Shown piece by piece: positions 9,182 through 18,479 of a stretch of 64,000 nt of DNA. The position numbers and the translations under genes are program-made. The DNA lies in the NCBI GenBank assembly GCA_009877105.1, contig WXFD01000006.1:74497-138496 (forward strand), written 5' to 3'. The notes beneath the pieces are model-generated. The model saw nothing but the letters and a program-made list of their open reading frames with translations. It was not told where the DNA came from and made no database searches. Position 1 is the stretch's first letter. Every line of letters begins with the position of its first letter. Source of the DNA: Bacteroidales bacterium. GTDB lineage: Bacteria > Bacteroidota > Bacteroidia > Bacteroidales > VadinHA17.

Positions 9182-9258
9182 GGAGAAGGAAGCGGCGATT
9201 CGCAGGCACAAGGGAACTGTATGATGCTTCCACAATGCGAATCGCCGCTTCCTTCTCC
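9182..9258. repeat. Perfect 23-bp inverted repeat with a 31-nt spacer
   Basis: GGAGAAGGAAGCGGCGATTCGCA at 9182-9204 is the exact reverse complement of 9236-9258. Confidence 0.9.
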
Positions 9259-9429
9259 TTCCCTGATTACATTAGTAAAGGTGTCATGAGGATATATCAT
9301 AAGTCCTTTGTTTTACCCCTTTCTCTAAACTGCTATTAATACACGATTAATTGTCCATGATTTGCCTGGAATTTGAATGTTCGTATTAATTATTCTCGTA
9401 ATGACAGGTAAAAGAATAATCCTTGCCTG

Positions 9430-9597
9430 ACACCCGGGGTGTGGGTTTCCAGTAATACGTGCAGACAAATCCATTCTGCTTTCCCTGGCAGATGTTTCCA
9501 GTCCGACACCTGGGGTGTCGGCTTCCAGCAGCCCGGGTCTCACCCCGGGGAAAGATCACCACGTGCCTGCCACAACCCCGGAGGGGTTGACTTCCAG
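9430..9597 (+). repeat. Cluster of three REP-like GC-rich hairpins, each followed by TTCCAG
   Basis: ACACCCGGGGTGT-gggTTTCCAG (9430-9452), CCGACACC-tgg-GGTGTCGG-cTTCCAG (9503-9528) and CAACCCC-gga-GGGGTTG-acTTCCAG (9573-9597). Confidence 0.75.
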
Positions 9598-9657
9598 TTG
9601 TTTATTATAATTATTTTGTTTATATTTGTTATGCTGCATTCTTTAATTGGAATAAAT

Positions 9658-9984
9658 ATGTCAACCTACACCCAGATTCTCTATCAGATAGTCTTTGACA
9701 GTAAAAACTACACCGAATTCCTTAATAAGGAAAATCAAGGCCCTCTTTTTGGATATTTTGTCGGTATGTTGAGCAAAAGAGGTTGCCATCCTTACCGGGT
9801 GGGAGGATATGGAAACCATGTTCATATTCTCGCGCATCTTTCAACAACAATTACACTTTCTGATCTTGTACGGGATATTAAAAAGGCAAGTCATGAAATG
9901 ATGGTGAGGGAAAAGAGTCTGTTTGACAAGTTCCCGGGGGTAGGTCGGTTGAGGAGTACCTGTTGCTTTGATATTCTTCATTGA
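9658..9984 (+). pseudogene. Truncated IS200-like / REP-associated (RAYT-type) Y1 transposase; HUH motif kept, C-terminal Tyr region missing
   Basis: MSTYTQILYQIVF...GYGNHVHILAHL... matches the N-terminal two-thirds of Bacteroidota IS200-like Y1 transposases (~150 aa). The sequence diverges after ...FDKFPG and stops at 109 aa. The 73 codons before 9658 in the track ORF are just translated REP hairpins. Confidence 0.7.
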
Positions 9985-10026
9985 CTTTGTATTTTGTTTC
10001 CGAAATCGGACAATGATAACTGAGGG

Positions 10027-10097
10027 CAACCCCTCCGGGGTTGGAATGGAACTATCGTCAATTTACCCCGGGGGCGGGACCGGGGCTACTGGAAGCC
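10027..10097 (-). repeat. REP-like hairpins in inverted orientation, downstream of the Y1 transposase remnant
   Basis: CAACCCC-tcc-GGGGTTG (10027-10043) is the exact reverse complement of the 9573-9589 hairpin. CTGGAAGCC (10089-10097) is the reverse complement of GGCTTCCAG at 9520-9528. Confidence 0.7.
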
Positions 10098-10261
10098 CAG
10101 CCCTCAGAGCTAGAGATGTGTATAAAAAGTAGTTCAAAGAGCAGTTTCCGTATATAGGGTTTTAAATAGCAGATAATCAATAAGTTTTCTTTAGGATCTA
10201 CCTGCCGTAAAGGCAGTGTAGGCAGGGATTCAGGAGTGTGCAATAAAAGTGTGTCTATTGA

Positions 10262-10696
10262 CTAACTACATGACAAAAATTTACAGCTTTGGGTAAATTT
10301 ATCTATATCGTTGATAAAATGCAAGTTTGTGTCTTTTCGTTCCTGCATCGAAAAGTTCCCGAACTTTGGCATTATATGGAAAAGAACAGGAAAGGCAACT
10401 CCCTTGCATGAAATGGCCAAAGTAAGGATATTAATGTTGCTGGTGCCTAACTTCCAGTTTGTTCTGTCCAGTGCCAGCCTGAATGGTGGTTTAAGCGGGA
10501 GCAGAGCAAAAATAAACCTGGCAACCCGGTCCGAGTCCAGGGAATACTCCGACATAAACCTCTGTATTCTGCGAAGTGATGATTCATACTTTACATCTGA
10601 GTCAAAACCACAGGCCAGCTTTTCGAAGCAGACAGTTTGCACTTTGCATAAAGCACTGATAAATAAGCCAAAGAACTTAATACGTGCAAGGTTCAT
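10262..10696 (-). pseudogene. N-terminal third of an IS4-like DDE transposase
   Basis: MNLARIKFFGLFISALCKVQTV.FEKLA...LRRIQRFMSEY...DRTNWKLG..NINILTLAI..KGVAFPVLF resembles the N-termini of Bacteroidota IS4-family transposases (~380 aa). This ORF ends at 144 aa inside the terminal repeat. Confidence 0.55.
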
Positions 10697-10900
10697 TTTG
10701 TTTCCGAAGAACTCTTTTAACGTATCTGATTAAATTGTAACTTTGTTTTCAACCCTGGTTTCCATTGTTAGAAATAGTATTGATAACAGTATACTAATCT
10801 ATAGAATATCAAAGCCTTTATGCTGATATTTTAATCTGTATTTATTAAAAAGTACAACAGAACATATTAACGATCTGTTGGTTGACATTTTTTGTCATGT
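10268..10900 (-). mobile_element. Internal-deletion derivative of a DDE insertion sequence bounded by inverted repeats
   Basis: ACATGACAAAAA at 10268-10279 is the reverse complement of TTTTTGTCATGT at 10889-10900, extendable to about 14/17. The repeats enclose the truncated transposase ORF and its 5' leader. Confidence 0.5.
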
Positions 10901-10943
10901 GCTGAGGCAAGAATGTTAATCTACAACAGTCCTGATAATAGTC

Positions 10944-11477
10944 CTAATTATTTGAGGAAGGCTGATTTGGATTCCCGAAAGGTGCTTTCTTTTCCTCAAG
11001 CTTCAATCGCTGCTCTTTTTTCCCTATGACAAAAACCGTAGCAAGAGAAATTACTGTGCTTCCACCCAGGACACAAGCGACGGCTTCATGTCCAAACATT
11101 GCCAAAGCTACAGCTGATCCTAAAGTAAAAAAAGCTATTATTAATCCAAATATTTGTCCTCGGCTTGACTGTTTCACCTGTCCTGATATAACGGTTTCCT
11201 CAATCTTAATTCTATGGCTGGATTGATTCTCCGCCATCTTCATAATTCTATCCGCTCCATCAGGAATAATTTGATTATATTTCTCTAATGCTTCAGGAGC
11301 AGGTATAGGTCCACTATAGGATTGATATGATGAAACAATGACAGATCTAATCTTTTTTTGCTCTTCCTGCGAAAGCTTTCCAAGGATTGGCTTTAACTCG
11401 TCTGGAACTGCGTAATTCGGGTTTGAGGGCTCAATGCCCTGTCCATTCGTGTGTTTTAAATCCTTTTTAAGGGGCAT
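10944..11477 (-). CDS. DUF2335-domain membrane protein
   Basis: YSGPIPAPEALEKYNQIIPDGADRIMKMAENQSSHR followed by two TM helices, the layout I associate with DUF2335. Confidence 0.6.
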   Translation of the reverse strand: MPLKKDLKHTNGQGIEPSNPNYAVPDELKPILGKLSQEEQKKIRSVIVSSYQSYSGPIPAPEALEKYNQIIPDGADRIMKMAENQSSHRIKIEETVISGQVKQSSRGQIFGLIIAFFTLGSAVALAMFGHEAVACVLGGSTVISLATVFVIGKKEQRLKLEEKKAPFGNPNQPSSNN

Positions 11478-11480
11478 TAT

Positions 11481-11717
11481 TTAAAATGGTAAAACGAGTT
11501 GTTTGTGGTTTTCCTTCTCGTATCCTGAAATGGCCTGTTTAATATCTTCACCAATAATGTTCCAATCAGATGCTATTGCTATTTCATCTGCTTCTTCAGC
11601 GCTAGGAGAATAGTTATAGTTAAAATAGTTACCTGCCAGATTAAAAATACTACCCATTCCAATGACAAAGGAGTTTGCTGTCAAGAAATCCGTTTGGTAC
11701 ATATTTTTGTTATTCAT
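11481..11717 (-). CDS. Small hypothetical protein (78 aa) immediately upstream of, and probably co-transcribed with, the DUF2335 gene
   Basis: ORF with a 3-nt gap to the next gene on the same strand. I recognised no motif. Confidence 0.45.
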   Translation of the reverse strand: MNNKNMYQTDFLTANSFVIGMGSIFNLAGNYFNYNYSPSAEEADEIAIASDWNIIGEDIKQAISGYEKENHKQLVLPF

Positions 11718-11947
11718 AACAGTAATGTAAAATATCAGAATAATATAACGTAAAAAGTGATGAAATGTTCTTTAATTACTTTCCTCCAGCGCAGATTATT
11801 GTTAATAACACCTACTAAGTTAATAAGAATATTCAAACTAATAAAATGCATTTTGAACGAAAAAGACACAAATATCACATTTTTATCAATGCAAAACAAT
11901 TCTCATGCCATTTCGGATCCCATTATTATTATTTCCCCAAGCTTAAG

Positions 11948-12084
11948 AATTTTCCCCATATCTCTTAATAACTCACGGTTCAATGTTTCAAACCTCTTGT
12001 CTACAAAGAAAAAGTCCCGCCGCATTAGCGGCGGGACTTTTTCTTTGGGCTGTCACCCCTCCGAGGATCATGAAATAATCCTCC
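11948..12084. repeat. Repeat copy C (short form), containing a bidirectional terminator hairpin
   Basis: The left part matches copy B. CTACAAAGAAAAAG and CTTTTTCTTTGGGCTGTCACCCCTCCGAGGATCATGAAATAATCCTCC match copies A and B. AAAAAGTCCCGCCGC-atta-GCGGCGGGACTTTTT (12009-12042) replaces the long nested insert found in A and B. Confidence 0.8.
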
Positions 12085-12381
12085 CTCCCCTACAAGCGGA
12101 GTTAAGGGTTTTGCCCGGGTAAGGAATGAACATCTGATACCTTTCCATGTTTTATATTGGCCCGGCAAAGGAAAGGCAGGGAGATAATGTATTGTCTGAT
12201 GCATTCAGTTGCGGAGTGCAGGCCTGATGAATGCTGATCATGAAGAAGCACTGCCGAAATTTGATTTAAGAAATATTAATAGAGGATAAAGATAAAAAGG
12301 CTTAATTTTGATTGCTCATAATTGAGATGCGGGGAACACTTTTAAAGTTAATCAGGGTGGAATAATTTAAAAATCAATGTC

Positions 12382-12981
12382 ATGAGAAATTTAATGTTCA
12401 TTATATTGTCAGCAACCATTTTGATGTTAGGATATTCATGTAATAAAGAAGAAACCAATCCTGCAATTGAATCAAGGACATTTGAAGTTAATTCAAGCAA
12501 CTCGCGCCACTGGGTATATTTTAGTTTTTCAGAAGATGACTCCGTTACCGTAACTGATCCCTCTGCATCAAAGGATTGGGACCTGGCTTTCCAGCGCTAC
12601 AGGATTAAAACCAACGGAGGAGACTCGGGAAACGGGCAGGGCAGTGCAGCAAACACCTATCAAAAAGGGCAAACCGGATTTGATGCAGTGAAATCCGTAC
12701 ACGACACCCTCAGATTTCTTCCAGACGGTCCGGTTATAATCGCAGTGCAGCAGGGCTATGAAACCTTTACCATCAATCCTGCATTATATACATGGTTTAC
12801 CATGGAACAGGCAACCCAGGGAACCCAGATTGCTCCTTCTGACTATATCTATATTGTAAGGACAGCCAGGGGTAAATATGTAAAAATATGGTTCAAAAGC
12901 TACTACAGTGCAACAAATAAGTCGGGCCATATCACATTTCAGTACAAATATCAGCCGGATGGCTCCGGGAGTTTTGAGTGA
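12382..12981 (+). CDS. hmuY: HmuY-family lipoprotein (putative hemophore-like protein)
   Basis: Lipobox LGYSC. The DWDLAFQRYRIKTNGGDSGNGQG block is typical of the HmuY family, and the gene sits directly upstream of a TonB-dependent receptor. Confidence 0.7.
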   Translation: MRNLMFIILSATILMLGYSCNKEETNPAIESRTFEVNSSNSRHWVYFSFSEDDSVTVTDPSASKDWDLAFQRYRIKTNGGDSGNGQGSAANTYQKGQTGFDAVKSVHDTLRFLPDGPVIIAVQQGYETFTINPALYTWFTMEQATQGTQIAPSDYIYIVRTARGKYVKIWFKSYYSATNKSGHITFQYKYQPDGSGSFE

Positions 12982-13020
12982 ACAATCCGTATAAACCATG
13001 CGGATCAAATAACTTGACTG

Positions 13021-15132
13021 ATGCCGGCAATCTTTCTGAAACTTTCAGTGGTCTTCTGTTTCATATTCTTCCCTTTTGAGCTTGCTGCCCAGAAAGGAAG
13101 CTTATCAGGTTTTGTACGGGGTCAAAATGAGGAGGCAATTGAAGCGGCAACGCTGGTAATTAAAAATACTACACTCGGAACGGTAACTGACAGGAGCGGC
13201 TTCTACAAAATTAGCGGCATAAATCCGGGGACGTACTCCGTCCGGGTGTCACTGGTCGGATACGAGACAGTGGAAGAAACCATCACGATAAGGGAAAGTG
13301 AGAATCATGAGGATTTTACCCTGGTCGAGTCAAACATAAATCTAAACGAGGTTGTTGTAACAGGTACAAGATCAGAAAAAGCATTAAAAAATGTACCTGT
13401 GATAACACAGGTGATAAGTGCACGGAGAATGCTTGACCTGGGTATCACAACCGTTTCCGGGGCTTTGCAAAGCATGGTGCCCGGCCTGGATATCAGCCAG
13501 TTCGGTACCAGGGCCACCGTAACCCTCCAGGGAATGGATGCAAAGTATGTATTGTTCCTTGTTGACGGGGAAAGGATCGCAGGGGAAGTCAGCGGCGACA
13601 TAGATTATTCGATGCTGAATATGGAAAATGTTGAAAGAATTGAAATTATCAAGGGAGCTTCCTCATCATTATACGGGTCAAACGCCATCGGAGGCGTCAT
13701 AAACATCATCACAAAAAAAATTGATGAGCCCTTCAATGCAAGGCTCTATTCAAGATATTCAAAGTTCAATGAATTTACAACCGGCGGGGGAATCAGCTTC
13801 AGAAAAGGGATATCAGGATCACTGACAAGCTTTAATTTCAGCAGTAACGACGGGTATGACAATACCCCTGAAAGTCCGTATGAATGGACTCAGAATCCAT
13901 ATACTTCTTTCAGTGTAAATCAAAAATTTGAGATAACACCTTCATACCGGTTGTCACTGACTCCTTATTTCGGATATTACCGGTTTGAAAGAGGAAATGT
14001 GAGTGCCCGTCCTGTCCATGATCTGTACACCGATTTTAAAGCCGGCCTGAAAGGTGAATACTATTTCGGGATGCATTCAGTTGACTTTTCCTATTACAGG
14101 GACCGATACAATACCTATAATGTCTTTGAACTCCTGAACAATGAGAGGGATACTGCATCCTATGACATCATCCAGACCATCAGGACGCAGGGAAATTTCA
14201 GGATCTCCGACAAAAATACCCTGATAACCGGTTTGGAATACAATTATGAAAAACTGTTATCGGACAGGATTGAAGAAGGGATCAAAAATGCCGGTGAAGC
14301 GGTGCTGTACATTCAGGAAGATATTTCTCCCGGGAAAAAATGGAATATTATCGGAGGTGTCAGGGTAAGCTATCACAGCAATTACGGATTTAATGCAGCG
14401 CCCAAGCTATCCCTGATGTACAAGTCACCGGTCGGAAATTTCAGGGCTTCTGCAGGAACAGGGTTCCGCTCGCCTTCCCTGAAAGAATTATATATGAATT
14501 TTGACCATTTCGGAGAATGGTATTTAATTGGTAATGCCGGCTTAAAACCAGAATCATCGCTTTATGTTTCAGGATCATTTGAATTTACAAAGCCATGGAA
14601 CAACTCATCCGTATCAGTATATCACAATTCAATTTCCAATATGATCACCGACAGATGGCTGCCTGACACCACTCGCCTGACCCGTCAATACGAGAATGTG
14701 GCAAGCGCCTCCGTGTCCGGCATAGACTTCCTTTCAAAACAGAAAATCATCAAAGGCCTGTGGCTCAATGCTGGTTATAATTACGTTCACTCCCATGACA
14801 ACGAGACCGGTCTTCAGCTATATGGTACCGCAAAACATTCCGGAACCATTTCATCAGATTATAATTTCAGGAAAAGAAATTATTCATTGACGGTCCAGCT
14901 CCTCTGCAAGCTGACGGGTGAAAAATTTTATGAGATCACAGACGAAGGCATTGACCGTGACAGGCCCTTCAGTACATGGCGATTAACCATATCACAGGAA
15001 TACAAATGGTTACGAGTCTCAACCGGAGTGGATAACATTTTTAACCTGGTACTTCCGCAAAACAATAATTATATTTCTCCAGGAAGACGTTTTTTTGCTG
15101 GCCTTAATATTGATTTCGGAAAAATCAGGTAG
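13021..15132 (+). CDS. TonB-dependent receptor with an N-terminal carboxypeptidase-regulatory-like domain (HmuR-like)
   Basis: Signal peptide, a CarbopepD_reg-like segment (GFYKISGINPGTYSVRVSLVGYE), a plug region (VVVTGTRSEKALKNVPV, IEIIKGASSSLYGSNAIGGVINI) and a beta-barrel C-terminus. Confidence 0.9.
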   Translation: MPAIFLKLSVVFCFIFFPFELAAQKGSLSGFVRGQNEEAIEAATLVIKNTTLGTVTDRSGFYKISGINPGTYSVRVSLVGYETVEETITIRESENHEDFTLVESNINLNEVVVTGTRSEKALKNVPVITQVISARRMLDLGITTVSGALQSMVPGLDISQFGTRATVTLQGMDAKYVLFLVDGERIAGEVSGDIDYSMLNMENVERIEIIKGASSSLYGSNAIGGVINIITKKIDEPFNARLYSRYSKFNEFTTGGGISFRKGISGSLTSFNFSSNDGYDNTPESPYEWTQNPYTSFSVNQKFEITPSYRLSLTPYFGYYRFERGNVSARPVHDLYTDFKAGLKGEYYFGMHSVDFSYYRDRYNTYNVFELLNNERDTASYDIIQTIRTQGNFRISDKNTLITGLEYNYEKLLSDRIEEGIKNAGEAVLYIQEDISPGKKWNIIGGVRVSYHSNYGFNAAPKLSLMYKSPVGNFRASAGTGFRSPSLKELYMNFDHFGEWYLIGNAGLKPESSLYVSGSFEFTKPWNNSSVSVYHNSISNMITDRWLPDTTRLTRQYENVASASVSGIDFLSKQKIIKGLWLNAGYNYVHSHDNETGLQLYGTAKHSGTISSDYNFRKRNYSLTVQLLCKLTGEKFYEITDEGIDRDRPFSTWRLTISQEYKWLRVSTGVDNIFNLVLPQNNNYISPGRRFFAGLNIDFGKIR

Positions 15133-15367
15133 GCTTTTCCTGCTTAACTGTTATGAAAATCACATGGCGAGTGTTAACAGAGCCTGTCAGTTTCAAAGTA
15201 CCGGAAAATTTTCTCCGTCGCAGGTTGTTTCCGCAACCTGCCGGCAAATTCAGTGGCATCCAAAGAAAAAACAACAACAGATTTACAGAGATTCACACTG
15301 ACCTCCCGGACAAATGCTTAAAACAGGAAGAGGTCGACCAAGCTGCCCTGATTCTGTTGAACAAGTA

Positions 15368-17185
15368 TCAGTAACGCCATTTTATGTATTCCGGATACAT
15401 TAACACCATATTTTGCCCCGGATGCTGCCTGCTGTAGCTTACAAGCCTTTCGCGGTCAGCCGGATCAGGTTCCGGAATAGATTCATATTCGCAATGGAGC
15501 AGGAAATATTCTACATAAGTTTTCAATCGCTGTATCCTCACTTTTATCTTCTCTTCCCTGCAGTTAGCCAGGATACTGTCCAGTGTACTCAGTATTGATC
15601 CGGCTGCGGCTCTTACCTGATTGATGTCACGGCCGCTGCCGCGGCGGGAATCCTGGTACGGTTCCGCCTGGAGATCATTGAGAATAAGATTGAAAACCCG
15701 TTCAATGTCCTTCCCTTGTTCTCCGTAATAATCCATGCAGTATTTTGTAAGGGTGGCCCTGACATCCAGATCCTCCTGCCAGCATGCCCGGGCAAAAAAC
15801 CAGTTATTGAAAGATGACCGCCACCAGGTCTGGATCGGAAGAAACAGGGAAACAACACCCCGAAATCCCATTTCCCTGGCATGATAAGCGACACCAGCCG
15901 CATATCCGGGCCGGAGCCAGACATTGGTCCTGTATCTGTAATTATCTCCCAGGAAATATTCAAACTGGTAAACTTTTCCCTCCGGGGTTTTCCTGATCCA
16001 TTCATGTGCCAGGGAATCCATGGGTCCCGGGTCAGGGCACCACATGACAGTCATGTTATCAGGTATTTTCAACGTTTCCGGGGGCTGCCAGCTTTGAGGA
16101 TGGTACGCGAGATGCTCAACCAGCATATCAGGACGGACTTCCCTTACCTTCTCAGCCACATGTAATGCAGCTTTGAATATTGTTTCAGGATCTTTGCAAT
16201 TTTCACATTCACAGTATTCTCCTCCATCGAGCGGCCATGTTCCTATAATCCGGAGCTCAGGATGTCTGGCTGAATATTCCGCCACGGCAGAAGCATAGAA
16301 TTCAACCGCTTCCTCATTTGAATAACACATCTGCCCCGAATACGGTCCCGGAAGAATCTTCCTTTCCCCGTCATTCATGGCCCACCATTCGGGATGATCT
16401 TTAAAAAGTGTTTTCGGGAAAAAAACCGGCATGCAATGTTCGCTCATATCAATAATAAATCCCCTTTTCTGCAGTTCCGGCAGCAAATACTCTCCGACTT
16501 CTTTCCATATTATAGCATGGGCCGGGCCATCCGCATCGCTCGGCCGGTCCTCGGAAACCATGATGTAGTTCATCCGGTTTTTTGCCATCCAGTCAATGAA
16601 TTTCCTGCCCGTTTCAATGCTTCCGGCATATAAACCGTAGGGGGTTAAACCCCGGTGTTCAATTACCGGGTTATGGATGAATGTTCCCGGGGTAAAAACT
16701 ATTTCCTCTTTTTCAGGGACGATCTCTTCCTCCTTTCCGGGATAGACAAAGGAACACCCTGCTTCTTCAAGCAGGCAATAGACCGCGTAAAGCAAACCAC
16801 GGGATTCGGCAGACAAGAGATGAATTTTATCCCTGGTTTTCTTAATAATAAATCCATCCCATTTAAGGGATCTGTCATTTTTAATTTCCAGTTGTATGAT
16901 ATTCTTCCTGCCTTTTGCCCCGGACCGGTATGAAATCCGGAATTCGTTCCCGACTATTTTTTCCAGGTATTCTTTAAGCTCGACTGCGGCAAAACGTACA
17001 ATCTGATCTGAATTATCAGCTATTACAATATGATGCAATTTGCCGTCATGACGTAGTTTTAACATTTCCCCATTCTTTTCAGAGCCGCATCCCTGGGAAA
17101 GTACAAAGATGCTAAGGCCCAACGCTGACCGGAACAAAATCCGGCTGCATAAAACTGTCAGGTCAACGGATAATTTCTTTTTCAT
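15368..17185 (-). CDS. DUF4838-domain protein (GH20-like putative glycoside hydrolase), secreted
   Basis: Signal/lipobox (LSQGC). The overall pattern, including GGEYCECENCK, matches DUF4838 proteins as I remember them. Confidence 0.55.
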   Translation of the reverse strand: MKKKLSVDLTVLCSRILFRSALGLSIFVLSQGCGSEKNGEMLKLRHDGKLHHIVIADNSDQIVRFAAVELKEYLEKIVGNEFRISYRSGAKGRKNIIQLEIKNDRSLKWDGFIIKKTRDKIHLLSAESRGLLYAVYCLLEEAGCSFVYPGKEEEIVPEKEEIVFTPGTFIHNPVIEHRGLTPYGLYAGSIETGRKFIDWMAKNRMNYIMVSEDRPSDADGPAHAIIWKEVGEYLLPELQKRGFIIDMSEHCMPVFFPKTLFKDHPEWWAMNDGERKILPGPYSGQMCYSNEEAVEFYASAVAEYSARHPELRIIGTWPLDGGEYCECENCKDPETIFKAALHVAEKVREVRPDMLVEHLAYHPQSWQPPETLKIPDNMTVMWCPDPGPMDSLAHEWIRKTPEGKVYQFEYFLGDNYRYRTNVWLRPGYAAGVAYHAREMGFRGVVSLFLPIQTWWRSSFNNWFFARACWQEDLDVRATLTKYCMDYYGEQGKDIERVFNLILNDLQAEPYQDSRRGSGRDINQVRAAAGSILSTLDSILANCREEKIKVRIQRLKTYVEYFLLHCEYESIPEPDPADRERLVSYSRQHPGQNMVLMYPEYIKWRY

Positions 17186-17265
17186 ACAGTTATATTAAAC
17201 CACTATTACACTGAAATATTTCTGGTCAGACAGCACAATTCCTGTTCCCGGACCACAGATCTGCC

Positions 17266-18363
17266 TTAAAGGCGGATGAATATCCTGTTCCTGTACAGGA
17301 AATAGCAGACATACCACAGCATTCCGGAAATAATCAGGAATGATACAATTGTTATCACCGGTTGTCCGCCCCAAGCGAAAAGCCGGTATGTGAAAGGATT
17401 CACAATACTGGCAAAAAAGGAGCGGAAACGTCCGGCAAGAAGGTACATTAACAATGGATTCATACCGAATACCGCAAAGAACAACGGTATCTTTCTCAGT
17501 TTCAAAATATCAACCAGCCAGTATGAAATTCCCATTCCAATCAGGCACCAGCCACCGCTGGCAATCGCATAGGAGCCCGTCCATATACGTTTGATAATGG
17601 GTATATACGGACTCATCAAATACCCTGTCAGAAGAGCAATAATGCCGGTCAATAAAAGCGTCCGGAGTTTTTTCTGCTGCGTCCAGTCAGTCATAAGCAA
17701 CCTGCCTGTAAGAACTCCCCATATGGTGTTTGCAGTTGACGGTATGGCATTGAATGGTGCCCATTGGTCATGGTTCAAATATTGTTCCCCGGTCAGGAGC
17801 CTGTCAAACCATGATCCGAAATTATGATCGGCAATAAATGGCTGATTAAAACCTTCAACCGGCCAGAAGAGATAGATAAGATGAGTAACGAGAAGCAATC
17901 CGAATGAAAATATCAATTGCCATTTTACTGATTTCCGCATTACCAGAAATGCAATGAGATAGGTTACCGATAACTGGGCCATTATATTGTTGAAATCCGA
18001 GCTGTCTGGTCCTGAGTTTATTGCCCATCCGATCAACAGCAGAAACAGGCATCGTTGCAGAACGTGACGGAAGGTTTTTTTCCAGCTGTCACCTCTTTCC
18101 CATCTTTTTGCAATTGAGAAGGGCATGGCGACTCCCACGATGAAAATGAAGAAAGGATGGATAAGATCCCAGAAACGCAGACCGGCCCAGGGAGCATGAT
18201 CCATCTGGTTGCTGAGAATTGAGATGAAGGAGCTGCTTTTGTCCGGATCCGGATTGGTGAATAGTTCCCAAACACCTCCGACAAGCATGAACATGGTAAA
18301 ACCACGGAAAAAATCAATTGAAAAAATACGATTTTCTATCTGTTTTACATTGTTTGTGCTCAT
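17266..18363 (-). CDS. DUF5009/DUF1624-family membrane protein (HGSNAT-like transmembrane acetyltransferase)
   Basis: RIFSIDFFRGFTMFMLV start motif followed by about 10 TM helices. I chose the ATG at 18363; the track start is 18429. Confidence 0.65.
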   Translation of the reverse strand: MSTNNVKQIENRIFSIDFFRGFTMFMLVGGVWELFTNPDPDKSSSFISILSNQMDHAPWAGLRFWDLIHPFFIFIVGVAMPFSIAKRWERGDSWKKTFRHVLQRCLFLLLIGWAINSGPDSSDFNNIMAQLSVTYLIAFLVMRKSVKWQLIFSFGLLLVTHLIYLFWPVEGFNQPFIADHNFGSWFDRLLTGEQYLNHDQWAPFNAIPSTANTIWGVLTGRLLMTDWTQQKKLRTLLLTGIIALLTGYLMSPYIPIIKRIWTGSYAIASGGWCLIGMGISYWLVDILKLRKIPLFFAVFGMNPLLMYLLAGRFRSFFASIVNPFTYRLFAWGGQPVITIVSFLIISGMLWYVCYFLYRNRIFIRL

Positions 18364-18479
18364 TTGGCTGATATTTAAATTCAGAATTTTCTGCGAATAT
18401 TGTTGGCCGCAAAACCTCCGGAGAATCATTTTATCCGGCTGACCTGCGGTGAAAAGAAAGTATAACGGCTGAGAAATAA

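Noticed and set aside
9430-9600. A possible CRISPR array, because of the repeated GC-rich palindromes
   Set aside because: There are only three short, non-identical units with irregular spacing and no spacer-like unique segments of constant length. There are no cas genes. REP-like hairpins next to a Y1 transposase fit better.
9439-9657. The long N-terminal extension of the 181-aa track ORF (start 9439)
   Set aside because: These 73 codons translate the REP-like GC hairpins. The recognisable Y1-transposase sequence starts at the ATG at 9658 (MSTYTQILYQIVF).
12100-12381. A cobalamin riboswitch or Fur box upstream of hmuY / the TonB receptor
   Set aside because: I found no B12-box-like sequence (..AGYCMGGAGACCKGCC..) and no convincing 19-bp Fur-type palindrome. 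Only generic A+T-rich DNA is present.
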